Below are positions 46,041-56,234 of a stretch of 64,000 nt of DNA, in pieces; position 1 is the first letter of the stretch; each line of letters starts with the position of its first letter. This stretch comes from Bacteroidota bacterium. Its GTDB lineage: Bacteria > Bacteroidota > Bacteroidia > Bacteroidales > VadinHA17. Position numbers and translations under genes: made by a program. The DNA is taken from the NCBI GenBank assembly GCA_003250475.1, contig QKGI01000074.1:3101-67100 (forward strand), given 5' to 3'. The notes under the pieces are model-generated. The model did no database searches. It was given only the letters and a program-made list of their open reading frames with translations, and was not told the DNA's origin.

Positions 46041-48242
46041 CTACTTTTCCAGAGAGGCGTTATATGTTCTCCTTTTCGTGACCGGTACCTCTATTGTCTG
46101 ATAACCCTTGGCACTTATTACCAGTGTCTCGGAGGCTTCGGGCATAACAAACTTGTATTCACCCCTTGCATTGGTCCATGCTTCGGCTGCTGTATCCTTT
46201 ACCCTAACTGATGCTCCGGGTATTGGTTCACCCGATGAATCGGAGATTACACCTGTGATCTCATTGGGATGAGCTTTCGGAATTGCGCTTCTCTGCAGCT
46301 GGTTGATATACTGTATTGTAGACCTGGCCGCTTCGTTGCCCGGCTCTACGGCCAGTATCTTATTATTCTCTTCAATAGCCTTGGCGTATTCACCCATGGT
46401 CATATACATAGTGCTGAGTGAGCTGTGGGCCCTGACAACATAATCAGGGGAGAGGTTCATCATCCTGTTGTAGTAGGCTTTTGCATCATCATACCTCTTA
46501 TTCTGCAGCGCTTCATAACCAAGGTACCTCATGGCATCGTACATCTCCTTGACGTTCTTGACTGAGTCGGCAGCTGCCTTCTGGAGCAGGGCTTCGAACC
46601 TCGGCTTGGCCAGCCCCAGTTCAGAATCGGGATCTTTTGCAGAGGCTGTATTGGCCATCCAGAGATAACCCTGGAGGTTGTCAGGGTACTTTTCTATCAT
46701 CTTGCTGAACACTTCGGTAGCTTTATCAAAAGCTTTGTCCTGATAATAAGCCCTGCCTACCTGTATATAGTCATTCTCACTGTCTTTTCCCTTATCGAGG
46801 AGCCGTTCCCATGTAGCTGCAGCATCTGCATACTTGCGGGCGGCATACTGAACCGATCCCTTCTCATAGATGAGGTTAAGGTCTTCCTCGTCAGTAAAGT
46901 TTATTGCATTGTCATAAGCTTCGAATGCCCTGGTAAGTTCAGATTCTGCTTCTGTGATACTTGCATGAGCGGCGTCGACCCTGGCTTTCAGGGCGTCTAT
47001 ATCAGCCTTGGCCTTCTCTTTTGCCGGACCTTTGGTGGCCGGATACCTGGCTTCAAGCTTACTTAGTTCTGCAGCTTCATTGTCAGCTTCTATGACCTGC
47101 TTGCTGTAGTCCTGGTTCTTCCTGGCAAGGATCCTTGCATAGTAGATGTAGTCTTTCTTGATAATACGGTCAGCGTCGAGGTTGGCAAAAAGCTTGTCCA
47201 TATATGCCTTGGCAACATCAAAATTGCCCTCCTCGTATGCAGAATAGCCTGCAATACGGTTCATATATGTCCTTGAGTTGTCAACAGCAAATATCTCCTC
47301 CACGTTCTTTATCACCTCCTGGTACTCTTTTGCGTAGTAGAGTGCATTCACGTACCTGATCTTCGCAGGTATGTTACCGGCAGTGAGCTCAAGGTATTTC
47401 TCGAAGTATTTCTTTGACTCGTTGAATCTACCTGCCATGGAATATAGCTGACCCAGTTCCCTGTATGCAGGAGCATAGTTCTGGTCAAGAGCAATAGCCT
47501 GTTCATAATAGGGTATTGCAGCCATCAGGTTACGCCCCTTGACATAGATGCTTCCTATTTTCATATTGGCAGTGGGAGACTGCAGATCCCAGTCCTGTGC
47601 AAGATTATAGTTCTTGATTGCCTTGGATCCGTCGTTGACAAGAATGTAAATATCACCTGCTATGATGTATACTTCACTGTTTCTCGGGTCAATCTGCAGA
47701 GCCTCTCTGATAAAAGGAAGTGCCTTGCTGGTATCAACCTGTTCAAAACGAATAAATGATTCGGCAATCTTGGCAAGGGTATAAGCATAGCTCTTCGGAT
47801 CTTTGATCTTGGTTACCTTCTTGTAGGGAGGGAGGAGCTGATCAGCTTTCTCTCTCAGCTCTTCAGCCTTTGCATTATCACCTTTGTAGAATGCAACCTT
47901 TGCAAGTCCGACATAGTTCAGGGGATCAGCCGGGTTGGCATCCACACCCTTGTTGAAAATATCGGAAGCCTCTTTGGTTGCTACATTCAGCGAGTTGGAA
48001 ATAGTATCAGCAAAGTAGTTCAGCAGCGTGTTCTCTCCATAGTGGAAATAGATAATGCTGTTGGTTGGTTCATTACTGATCAGTTGCTGGAACAGTGTCT
48101 CCGCTTTATCATACTGTTCATTTTTCGTCAGGGTTATAGCCTCCTCGAGCGTCTGGGCTTTCAGTCCGCTTCCAAAGACCATACAAAATACCGCTGCGGG
48201 CAGCAACGCGAGTTTCATACTTCTATTAATCATTGTTATCAT
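46041..48242 (-). CDS. Exported TPR protein with C-terminal carboxypeptidase-regulatory-like domain
   Basis: Signal peptide; many TPR-like helical repeats; C-terminal ITGVISDSSGEPIPGASVRVK...TNARGEY...LVISAKGY. Confidence 0.9.
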   Translation of the reverse strand: MITMINRSMKLALLPAAVFCMVFGSGLKAQTLEEAITLTKNEQYDKAETLFQQLISNEPTNSIIYFHYGENTLLNYFADTISNSLNVATKEASDIFNKGVDANPADPLNYVGLAKVAFYKGDNAKAEELREKADQLLPPYKKVTKIKDPKSYAYTLAKIAESFIRFEQVDTSKALPFIREALQIDPRNSEVYIIAGDIYILVNDGSKAIKNYNLAQDWDLQSPTANMKIGSIYVKGRNLMAAIPYYEQAIALDQNYAPAYRELGQLYSMAGRFNESKKYFEKYLELTAGNIPAKIRYVNALYYAKEYQEVIKNVEEIFAVDNSRTYMNRIAGYSAYEEGNFDVAKAYMDKLFANLDADRIIKKDYIYYARILARKNQDYSKQVIEADNEAAELSKLEARYPATKGPAKEKAKADIDALKARVDAAHASITEAESELTRAFEAYDNAINFTDEEDLNLIYEKGSVQYAARKYADAAATWERLLDKGKDSENDYIQVGRAYYQDKAFDKATEVFSKMIEKYPDNLQGYLWMANTASAKDPDSELGLAKPRFEALLQKAAADSVKNVKEMYDAMRYLGYEALQNKRYDDAKAYYNRMMNLSPDYVVRAHSSLSTMYMTMGEYAKAIEENNKILAVEPGNEAARSTIQYINQLQRSAIPKAHPNEITGVISDSSGEPIPGASVRVKDTAAEAWTNARGEYKFVMPEASETLVISAKGYQTIEVPVTKRRTYNASLEK

Positions 48243-48248
48243 GTTTGG

Positions 48249-49208
48249 TTACTCTTTTTTTGTCTGTATAATCCTGATAGGCATTGTTGCAGGAACAAGC
48301 CCCGATTTAAGTATTATCCTCTGACCTTTTTCCCCGGCCACAAAGCTCACAAATCCCGACCCGAGGCCTGAGAACGATTCCCTCGAATTCATATTCACCT
48401 CCCTGGTGAAGGGGTAGGTTTTGTCATATATAGATCCCTGTACCGGCAGGTAAAATGTTGATTCATCAAGATAAGGCATTGAGACAGCTGCTATCTTAAT
48501 CTTATTCAGCAAAGAGAGACTGAGCGAATCGTCACCGTCACTTATCCAGTTGACACTAACAATTCCGATAGCGCCATTGCTGCCGGACACATAGTCTATA
48601 ACTTCGGGATTACTTTTTACGGCGAAGAAGTTCGGAGCAGGTTTCTCCGGCAGATCGAATTTCTCCCTGAAATATCTGATATTGCCCGAATGCATATTGT
48701 CGAAGACAATGTTTATAGGCCCCATCTTTGATTTGGGGTTGATCTGTTTCCAGTCGGTGATCGCACCGGTGAATATATCTTTTACGTTTTGATAAGTCAG
48801 GAGGGAATCTGCGTTGTTTTTATTAAGAACAAGGGCAAGGGCATCATATGCTACCACTGTAGTGCGCACTACTGTCTGAATGTCAAGCAGAACCTTTCTC
48901 TGTTCTTCTGAGGGAGCCCATGATGAGACTATCACCTTTACGGAATCGTTGAGGAAATATGCCACAAGTTCGTTTTCAGGCTTATAAACGGGCCTGATCT
49001 GCGCGTAGCTGTACAGAGCTGTAAATGTATCTATCTCTGCATCAATGATCGGACGGAATGATTCATCGGATCCGATGACTATATTACCGGAGGTCGGAGT
49101 TTCCCTTAACGCCGTAGTTCCTCTGTTTTTGCAGCCTTCAAATGTCATAAGGGCGATGAGCAGGAGCAGGCCGGGAACAATTAATAATATGTATCTCAGT
49201 TTTTTCAT
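48249..49208 (-). CDS. PstS-like substrate-binding lipoprotein
   Basis: Lipobox FEGC, TPTSG...DESFRPI, AYDALAL, WKQI, YPFTRE, GQRIILKSGLVP. Confidence 0.88.
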   Translation of the reverse strand: MKKLRYILLIVPGLLLLIALMTFEGCKNRGTTALRETPTSGNIVIGSDESFRPIIDAEIDTFTALYSYAQIRPVYKPENELVAYFLNDSVKVIVSSWAPSEEQRKVLLDIQTVVRTTVVAYDALALVLNKNNADSLLTYQNVKDIFTGAITDWKQINPKSKMGPINIVFDNMHSGNIRYFREKFDLPEKPAPNFFAVKSNPEVIDYVSGSNGAIGIVSVNWISDGDDSLSLSLLNKIKIAAVSMPYLDESTFYLPVQGSIYDKTYPFTREVNMNSRESFSGLGSGFVSFVAGEKGQRIILKSGLVPATMPIRIIQTKKE

Positions 49209-49313
49209 TCCTTTATAGTTTTCAACTAACTATGGGCCACAATATTAATAATTATCTCTTAATCTTGTTTTCAGAATTAAGGGAAAAATTCATAATAGTA
49301 CCAATATGGTCAG

Positions 49314-49330
49314 ATGCAAAGCATGTGCCA
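49314..49330 (-). promoter_or_regulatory. Putative sigma-54 (-24/-12) promoter
   Basis: Minus strand reads TGGCACATGCTTTGCAT = TGGCAC-N5-TTGCA with exact GG-N10-GC spacing; intergenic and correctly oriented, ~105 bp upstream of the PstS-like ATG. Confidence 0.7.
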
Positions 49331-49381
49331 ATAATACTTATGACCGTTAAGCAAGATGCCTCCCCACGCTGAACTGACGAA

Positions 49382-49612
49382 TTATTCTTCCTGATCATCC
49401 TTGCTGAAAAAGCTCTCCTTAATCTTTTCATAAGACACAAAAACCCTGTATATAGCATACACTATCAGGGGAACCGCAAGTACTATCCGGAGGGCTTTGT
49501 CGATATCAAAGAGTGTTGTAGTGAGCAAAAATATCGCGAGGCCGAAATAGAAAAAAACCATCATAGTGCCGAAAATGGCAAAAATCTTGTCGTACATTTT
49601 ACTGCTGTTCAT
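49382..49612 (-). CDS. Small 2-TM membrane protein
   Basis: Two hydrophobic helices with YAIYR; TATATTTG -7 element ~20 bp upstream. Confidence 0.78.
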   Translation of the reverse strand: MNSSKMYDKIFAIFGTMMVFFYFGLAIFLLTTTLFDIDKALRIVLAVPLIVYAIYRVFVSYEKIKESFFSKDDQEE

Positions 49613-49684
49613 CGCTTATGTCTTAATCTCACAAATATATGATTTATATCTTTTTTGTTGCAGGCATAACCTTAATAAATTGGC

Positions 49685-49716
49685 AAAAAAGAGAGCTGCA
49701 CGGGGCAGCTCTCTTA
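49685..49716 (-). terminator. Intrinsic terminator of the POT transporter gene
   Basis: Stem agagagctgc/gcagctctct with a T-run on the minus strand. Confidence 0.82.
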
Positions 49717-49737
49717 TATCTGCGACTTAGATATCAG

Positions 49738-51537
49738 TTATTTCGTGGCATTTTCCAGCCTCTTCATAATTGAGAAAATGAATGTGGCGGAGAGGAGGCA
49801 GCAAACGATAAACACTGCCCAGAGCTGCCAGAGATCCACCTTGTCCCACAGCTTGCTGCCGACGAACAGAAGCTTGTTACCCACGGCTGTTGCCAGAAGC
49901 CATCCTGCCTGCATCATTCCCTGGAACCGTGAAGGAGCCACCTTGGATACAAATGAGAGGCCCATCGGGCTCAGGAAGAGTTCTGCCACCGTCAGGATCA
50001 GGTAACTGCTTATAAGCCAGTAGGGACTTACCCTTAGTGCTTCCGAAACGGGGGACCCGGCAAGAGAAGAAGGTGAGGGTAGCTTAACGGATGAGATAAG
50101 CACCACCATAAAGCCGACTGCCGCTATTATCATTCCAATGCCGATTTTCTTCGGCGTTGAAGGCTCGATATTCTTTTTGTTCAGCCATGCAAATACTCCC
50201 ATCACCGGGAATGTGAGAGCCACGATGAAGAGCGGGTTGAACGACTGAAATACTTCGGGTTCTATTGAGTTCAGCTGATCGGCACGGGTCATGAACAGGT
50301 AGGCAAGAATGAATGCAACTACGAAAAGGACACCTCCCGCTATTCTCGTCGGCATCTTTACCGTTTTTCCCACAAGAATTACCAGACCGGCTATCGAACC
50401 TATCACTGCCAGCATGGAGGGCAGGGTGAAGAACAGATATGTAAACGATCCAACCTGTTTTGCGGTGTAGTCCCTCGCGAACAGGGTAAGGGTAAGTCCG
50501 TTCTGGTGGAATGACATCCAGAAGAAAACCACAACAACAAATACCAGTATAAGCGAAGAAACACGTGCATATTCATCTTTTTTGGCAGTGGTAAGCATCC
50601 ACGTTATGAAACCTGCAAAGAGACCAAAGGCAAGACCTGATGCCCATCCGACAATAAACTGAAGGCCGAAAGCAAATATCGCCATCGCAATAACTGCATA
50701 TATCAGAGGCCTCAGCTCAAATTCGATTGTGTTGGCTGATTCACTGCTGGCTTTGGCAGGTTTCTCCTTGTTGGGCAGGAGCCTGTTAAAGAACACATAT
50801 ACCAGCAGGGAGATGACCATTGCGACGGCTGCAATGCCGAATGCATAGTTATAGCCTCTCGAGAAGACGTCAAGGTAGCTGTTAGAGAAGGAGGCAAGAT
50901 CTGTTACCGGACCGGCTATGTTTACCTTGTCAGCCAGGGTCTGGAATTCCTGGAGCTTCGACGGATCTGTCAGTAACCCCCCGTTAAACTGGTGACACAG
51001 AGCGGGCAGGCTTCCGTCATGTAAGAATCCGTTTGCCCGGAGCCACCAGTTTCTGACACCGTTGGCAGCAAAAGGAGCAAAGAATGCACCGACGTTGATA
51101 CCCATATAGAAAATCATGAAGGCAGTATCCCTGAGCTTGGAATACTGGGGGTTATCATACATCTGGCCAACGACAGCCTGAAGGTTGCCTTTGAAGAGAC
51201 CGTTCCCAAAAGCGATGGTGAAGAGGGCTATCACGGTAAATGTGAGAGTCATGCCTGGTACGGCCATCAGGACATACCCTGCAAACATAATGATGATACC
51301 AAACAGTATTACTGTCTTGTATTTTCTGGTTGAGTCGGCAAGAATACCGCCGACCAGGGCAAGAGCATAAATACTGAAGTAAAACCAGCTGTAAATATCT
51401 CCCGCTTTTTCGGCAACTAAGCCGTACTTGGCCTGCAAAAAGAGCACCAGGATCGCCATCATGGTATAAAAGCCGAAACGTTCTCCCATGTTGGCGAAAA
51501 AGGCAACCAGCAGTCCTTTTGGATGGTTTTTGAGCAT
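49738..51537 (-). CDS. Proton-dependent oligopeptide transporter (POT/PTR, MFS)
   Basis: HPKGL, ERFGFYTM, GNGLFKGN, FYMGINVG, FQSFNP, AELFLSP. Confidence 0.94.
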   Translation of the reverse strand: MLKNHPKGLLVAFFANMGERFGFYTMMAILVLFLQAKYGLVAEKAGDIYSWFYFSIYALALVGGILADSTRKYKTVILFGIIIMFAGYVLMAVPGMTLTFTVIALFTIAFGNGLFKGNLQAVVGQMYDNPQYSKLRDTAFMIFYMGINVGAFFAPFAANGVRNWWLRANGFLHDGSLPALCHQFNGGLLTDPSKLQEFQTLADKVNIAGPVTDLASFSNSYLDVFSRGYNYAFGIAAVAMVISLLVYVFFNRLLPNKEKPAKASSESANTIEFELRPLIYAVIAMAIFAFGLQFIVGWASGLAFGLFAGFITWMLTTAKKDEYARVSSLILVFVVVVFFWMSFHQNGLTLTLFARDYTAKQVGSFTYLFFTLPSMLAVIGSIAGLVILVGKTVKMPTRIAGGVLFVVAFILAYLFMTRADQLNSIEPEVFQSFNPLFIVALTFPVMGVFAWLNKKNIEPSTPKKIGIGMIIAAVGFMVVLISSVKLPSPSSLAGSPVSEALRVSPYWLISSYLILTVAELFLSPMGLSFVSKVAPSRFQGMMQAGWLLATAVGNKLLFVGSKLWDKVDLWQLWAVFIVCCLLSATFIFSIMKRLENATK

Positions 51538-51686
51538 AATTCTTTGTATTAAGTTGGTTTCTTTTATTCTGACGCTGACAAATATATTAATCTTTTTAAT
51601 TTGGAACGAAGCATTATATCTTAGCTGTAATAATTTTGCATTGACTATAATTTTATATTTGTGCCATCGGTATTAAGCTGAAATCT

Positions 51687-53216
51687 ATGAAGATATTCAC
51701 ATCCGCTGAGATAAGAGAGATTGATGCAGCCACAATCCGTCTTGAACCTGTCACCCCTGCAGGATTGATGGAGCGTGCGGCAACAACAATGTTCCAGCGT
51801 TTAAAGGACCTTATTGCACCGGAAAAGAAAATAAATGTGTTTTCCGGACCTGGGAACAACGGGGGTGATGGACTGGTTCTTGCCAGGCTGCTTCATGAAG
51901 ATGGTCACCAGCTAAGGGTATTTATTGTTGAGACAGGATCGGCTCACAGCAGTGAGTTCCGGTTGAATGCCGACAGGCTTGAGAGAACAGGTGTTACCCC
52001 GGTGATAATAGCTGACCCCGGGACAATTCCCCTGATTGGAAAGGATGAAGTGGTGATTGACGCCATTTTCGGGACAGGCCTCAGCAAACCACCTGCCGGT
52101 GTAGCAGCAGAAGTCATACGGAGAATAAACCTGAGCGGTGCCTATATCATCTCTGTAGATGTTCCGTCGGGCCTGTACTGTGAAGACAACGGGGGAGTGA
52201 ACCGGGAGTTTATCATCAGGGCTTCACAGACTATTACGTTTCAGTTTCCGAAACTTGCATTTATGTTTGCCGGTAATGAAGAGCAGGCAGGCACCTGGGA
52301 GGTGTTGGACATAGGTCTTCACGCTGACACTATTTCCCTTATGGCAACTCCCTTTCATTATGTTGTCCGGGAAAATGTAAGGCCTATTCTTCAGAAGAGA
52401 AGGAAGTTTGATCACAAGGGGACCTTCGGACATGCCCTCATTATAGCAGGCAGCTATGGCAAGGCAGGTGCAGCAACACTTGCTGCCGGGGCAGCCCTTC
52501 GTACCGGTGCCGGTCTCGTCACAGCACATACGCCGGCTTCTTCAGTACTGGCTTTACAGGCAGCGCTTCCCGAGGCCATGGTATCACCGGACCCCGGTAC
52601 GGGGAATATCACTTTACTCCCGGACCTGGCACCTTACGATGCAGTGGGTGTGGGGCCGGGACTGGGAACGGACCCTGATACGGTTGCAGTACTTCAGAAG
52701 CTGCTTGAGAAAGCCGGCATTCCACTTGTCATTGATGCAGACGCACTGAATATTATGGCCAGGCACCGCGAACTGCTTGACATCATACCCCGGGGCTCAA
52801 TACTTACGCCTCATCCCGGGGAGTTCAGGAGACTGGCGGATACCGACTGCAATGATTACCGGCTCATGGAGCAGCAGCGTGCTTTTGCCGCAAAATACAA
52901 CTGTATTGTTGTGCTCAAAGGGGCCCATACCTCCATTGCGGTACCCGAAGGTGAGGTGTTCTTCAACAGTACAGGTAACCCGGGAATGGCTACAGGTGGC
53001 AGCGGAGACGTTCTGACGGGAATGATAACATCCCTGTTGGCTCAGGGTTATGCCCCTGCCGATGCAGCCCTGGCTGGTGTGTACCTGCATGGCCTGGCAG
53101 GAGATGTGGCTCTCAGGATACATTCGGAAGAATCCGTTATTGCGGGTGATATACTGATGAACATCGGAAGGGCTTTCCGTGAGACACAATTCAACAGCTT
53201 CAGTATGTACTTATAA
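51687..53216 (+). CDS. nnr: Bifunctional NAD(P)H-hydrate epimerase/dehydratase
   Basis: LMERAA, GPGNNGGDG, DAIFGTG, HKGTFG, GPGLG, VIDADAL, LTPHPGEF, ATGGSGDVL; TATATTTG at 51654-51661. Confidence 0.95.
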   Translation: MKIFTSAEIREIDAATIRLEPVTPAGLMERAATTMFQRLKDLIAPEKKINVFSGPGNNGGDGLVLARLLHEDGHQLRVFIVETGSAHSSEFRLNADRLERTGVTPVIIADPGTIPLIGKDEVVIDAIFGTGLSKPPAGVAAEVIRRINLSGAYIISVDVPSGLYCEDNGGVNREFIIRASQTITFQFPKLAFMFAGNEEQAGTWEVLDIGLHADTISLMATPFHYVVRENVRPILQKRRKFDHKGTFGHALIIAGSYGKAGAATLAAGAALRTGAGLVTAHTPASSVLALQAALPEAMVSPDPGTGNITLLPDLAPYDAVGVGPGLGTDPDTVAVLQKLLEKAGIPLVIDADALNIMARHRELLDIIPRGSILTPHPGEFRRLADTDCNDYRLMEQQRAFAAKYNCIVVLKGAHTSIAVPEGEVFFNSTGNPGMATGGSGDVLTGMITSLLAQGYAPADAALAGVYLHGLAGDVALRIHSEESVIAGDILMNIGRAFRETQFNSFSMYL

Positions 53217-54343
53217 TGAACGATATGAAAAGATCACTTTTTATAATTTTCCCGGCACTCATGGCTTTTGCATATGGCTGCACCAGCATGTCAAAGAATG
53301 CCGACAGCGATATTGTGGTACTGCCGCTGGGCGGTGATGTAAAAGTCACCGAGGGAAGTATTGTATATGCACTCCCGCAGACGGTTTTCGAGATTGACAT
53401 AGCTGCCGAAAAGATGATCGAAGTCCCGGGACCATACGCTGCCTACGCCGGTGAGATGATAGGACTTGACAATGTGATAAAGGATGAAAACGAGATATGG
53501 ACACTGACTGACATTAGCATGAGATCGGTAGAAGAACTCGATCCGCGCCAGTTTTATGTTATTCAGGGTACAACACTTATGCAGACGAACCTGTTGAAGC
53601 TGAAAGAGAGCGGTCTTGTTCTTGATATAAATCCGGACATTTACCTCGGTTCAGGCCAGTCTCATATCAGGGAGAGCTCAGAGTACAATGGCCTGCTCTT
53701 CCCTGACCGGGGAGCAAATGAATATGTCCTTACCAGGACTGATACCGCTTACCGGATAGTTAAGGCTGATACTGCGTTTATACGTGTTCCGTACCTGGTT
53801 CAGATGAAGAAGGGGATGACTGTCGCCCAGGAGGCCAGGGAGGCAGCCGACAGGCTCCTTGAACTTCGCGAAGGCAGGCACATGATACTTACCGGGGAGA
53901 CAAATATCTTCCCGCAGGATGGCGCTGCCATTGATGAGATAAACAGGCTGGAGAGAGAATATACATCACTATTTGCAGGCAAAACATGGTCTGAGATAAG
54001 ACACTTCCGCATATGGTTTATTCCGGATCCGGACATGGCAGGGGAGAAGAGCGTCCTCTTCTATTTTTCTGAGACAGACGGAGTAAAAACATCGGGCCAG
54101 GGCGGCAAACCGGTGTATATTGAGCTGGTACCGTCAGGAAAGACCAGGGAGCTGAACCTGGTGGTGCAACCGGCTACCTCACAGAAAGACCTGGTTGTAA
54201 GCGACAGGCTCTACTACAGGGTCCCTGATGTAGCCCGGATAGACATTACCTCCGGGGATGAGATACTGTATACTGCACGTAAGCTGGTCTATCAGTTCGG
54301 AAATACCGTGGTATTGCCATCTAATTTTATTATAGGCAGGTAA
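53216..54343 (+). CDS. DUF4831-like lipoprotein
   Basis: Lipobox AYGC, VYALPQT, GPYAAYA, YTSLFAGK, LYYRVP, YQFG. Confidence 0.8.
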   Translation: MNDMKRSLFIIFPALMAFAYGCTSMSKNADSDIVVLPLGGDVKVTEGSIVYALPQTVFEIDIAAEKMIEVPGPYAAYAGEMIGLDNVIKDENEIWTLTDISMRSVEELDPRQFYVIQGTTLMQTNLLKLKESGLVLDINPDIYLGSGQSHIRESSEYNGLLFPDRGANEYVLTRTDTAYRIVKADTAFIRVPYLVQMKKGMTVAQEAREAADRLLELREGRHMILTGETNIFPQDGAAIDEINRLEREYTSLFAGKTWSEIRHFRIWFIPDPDMAGEKSVLFYFSETDGVKTSGQGGKPVYIELVPSGKTRELNLVVQPATSQKDLVVSDRLYYRVPDVARIDITSGDEILYTARKLVYQFGNTVVLPSNFIIGR

Positions 54344-54436
54344 TAAGGTATATAGGGTAATTGAATGACCGCACTGGCAGGCTGTCGCCTGGTCGTATTG
54401 CATTTGAATGGCCCGGGGAAGCACCCCCTCCGGCTG

Positions 54437-55510
54437 TCACCTGGGTGCGTCAGATTCAATAAGATCAATAAAGGCTTTCTCCCGCTTCGAAATGTGAAAG
54501 TTTTCTGTTATCCTTTGTCGGGCATTGTGTCCCAGGTTGTCACAAACACTACTGTCGGTGTTTAATATCTCATCGAATCTCTTCCTGAGATAATCCTTCC
54601 CGGAATGATGGATCAGATAGCCGGTGTCTCCTATGATATGTGGTATGGCGCCTACTGACGAGCCTATGGGTACGCAACGGCATAGCATAGCTTCACAGAG
54701 CGCATTGGGGAATCCCTCGGAGACAGAAAGCTGTAATACATAGCGGCTTGACTCGAGAAAAGTAATGAAAAGCTCCCGGGTAAGGTATGGATAGATGGTC
54801 ACATTGTCAGGGATGTTGCCCATGCGGCTTTTTATCCAGTCCGGGATACCTATTATAGTAAAGGCAGCCTGCCGGTATTGTTCTGCCAGGTAAATAACAA
54901 GGTCTATCCCCTTGACCTTTAGCCTGGGCATGCTGCCGACAGTGGCCAGGACAATAAAGGTGTTCTCAATCTTCTTGCCAGGATCACCATTGAACAGGCC
55001 AGGATCAAAACCATTGTATATCACCCTGTGGGGAGTAGTTATGCCGGGAAAGAAGTATTTATATCCCTGCATCGGATAGTCACTTTTCTCGAGGTAGTTA
55101 TACTTACTTATGACAAGAGTATCGTCAACAGGGATAAGTTCACGACAGAGCTGAAACGACCATCTGATAAAGGTTCGCATTACCGGCTTCCTGAGGCTTC
55201 CGTAATTTAATGAGGGAAAGGAGACACAGTCTGTACCTCCGGGAATGATATACACAGGTCTCCCGGCAATCCTGCCAAGAAGGGCAGGAAGGAATGACCA
55301 GTACCCGCCAAACATAACGAAAACCGCCCTGGCTTTGGGAAGGAATCTCAACAGAAAAAGTAACTGCCTGAGGAAGTTCAAAGGGGTCATACTCTTAACC
55401 TTCCATTCGTGACCGGGAGTGATGACAGTGTAACGGTGTGAAAGAAAGTCAATATCCTTCCTTATGAATGAAGATTTCTCGGGGTATATGTAAAGTATGA
55501 TCTCCTTCAT
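54437..55510 (-). CDS. Glycosyltransferase family 4
   Basis: SFIRKD, IYNGFD, KGIDL, SEGFPNALCEAMLC. Confidence 0.9.
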   Translation of the reverse strand: MKEIILYIYPEKSSFIRKDIDFLSHRYTVITPGHEWKVKSMTPLNFLRQLLFLLRFLPKARAVFVMFGGYWSFLPALLGRIAGRPVYIIPGGTDCVSFPSLNYGSLRKPVMRTFIRWSFQLCRELIPVDDTLVISKYNYLEKSDYPMQGYKYFFPGITTPHRVIYNGFDPGLFNGDPGKKIENTFIVLATVGSMPRLKVKGIDLVIYLAEQYRQAAFTIIGIPDWIKSRMGNIPDNVTIYPYLTRELFITFLESSRYVLQLSVSEGFPNALCEAMLCRCVPIGSSVGAIPHIIGDTGYLIHHSGKDYLRKRFDEILNTDSSVCDNLGHNARQRITENFHISKREKAFIDLIESDAPR

Positions 55511-55520
55511 GATCCGGTGC

Positions 55521-56234
55521 TTAGAACCTTATGAGGAGAAACCTGATCCTGGCCAGAAGCTTTCTTATAACAATATGGTATTTGGGAAGCGGGGAGAGGG
55601 TTACCGGACTTTTTTTCCTGAGAGTGATAACGGCATAATCATGTTCCCTGTCGAAGAGGGAATACGAGACATAACTGACTGGCACAAGATCTGCAGTGAA
55701 GGCATTGCCGAGCAATGATGCAGCTTCGATGGATTGATCCACAATCTGAAGCTGTTCGGGAGTAGTCAATCTGATATAGTCCAAAGCCCGGGGGTGTGGA
55801 ATATGTATCAGGATCACGGACCTGTCATGCATAAGAGAGGCAAGTAAGACAAAAAGTTCCTTATGTTGGGAGACAGGAATGTGCTCGAGTACATCAGGCA
55901 GGATGATGAAGTCAAACAGGCCGGAATGCGTGAAATCGGTCATATCTGACACATGGAAGCTGACATTACGGAAATTTCCGAGTCTTTTTTTAGCTATCGC
56001 TATCGATTCCGGACTTATGTCAACAGCCACTACTTCCCCCTTTTTCAGATACCTGAGGAGTAATCCTGTGAGTGTCCCGATGCCGCATCCTATTTCAAGG
56101 ACCCTGCTGTTTTTCTGCAACCCGGCATCCTTGAGAAAACCCATTATCCTGTAATGTCTCAGGTTAACGCTGGTTTTTATCTGGTCCGGTGCAAAGTCAT
56201 CATACCATTTGCCTATCTGTTCACGCGTTTCCAT
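55521..56234 (-). CDS. Class I SAM-dependent methyltransferase
   Basis: VLEIGCGIG, AVDIS, FDFIILPDVLEHIP. Confidence 0.92.
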   Translation of the reverse strand: METREQIGKWYDDFAPDQIKTSVNLRHYRIMGFLKDAGLQKNSRVLEIGCGIGTLTGLLLRYLKKGEVVAVDISPESIAIAKKRLGNFRNVSFHVSDMTDFTHSGLFDFIILPDVLEHIPVSQHKELFVLLASLMHDRSVILIHIPHPRALDYIRLTTPEQLQIVDQSIEAASLLGNAFTADLVPVSYVSYSLFDREHDYAVITLRKKSPVTLSPLPKYHIVIRKLLARIRFLLIRF

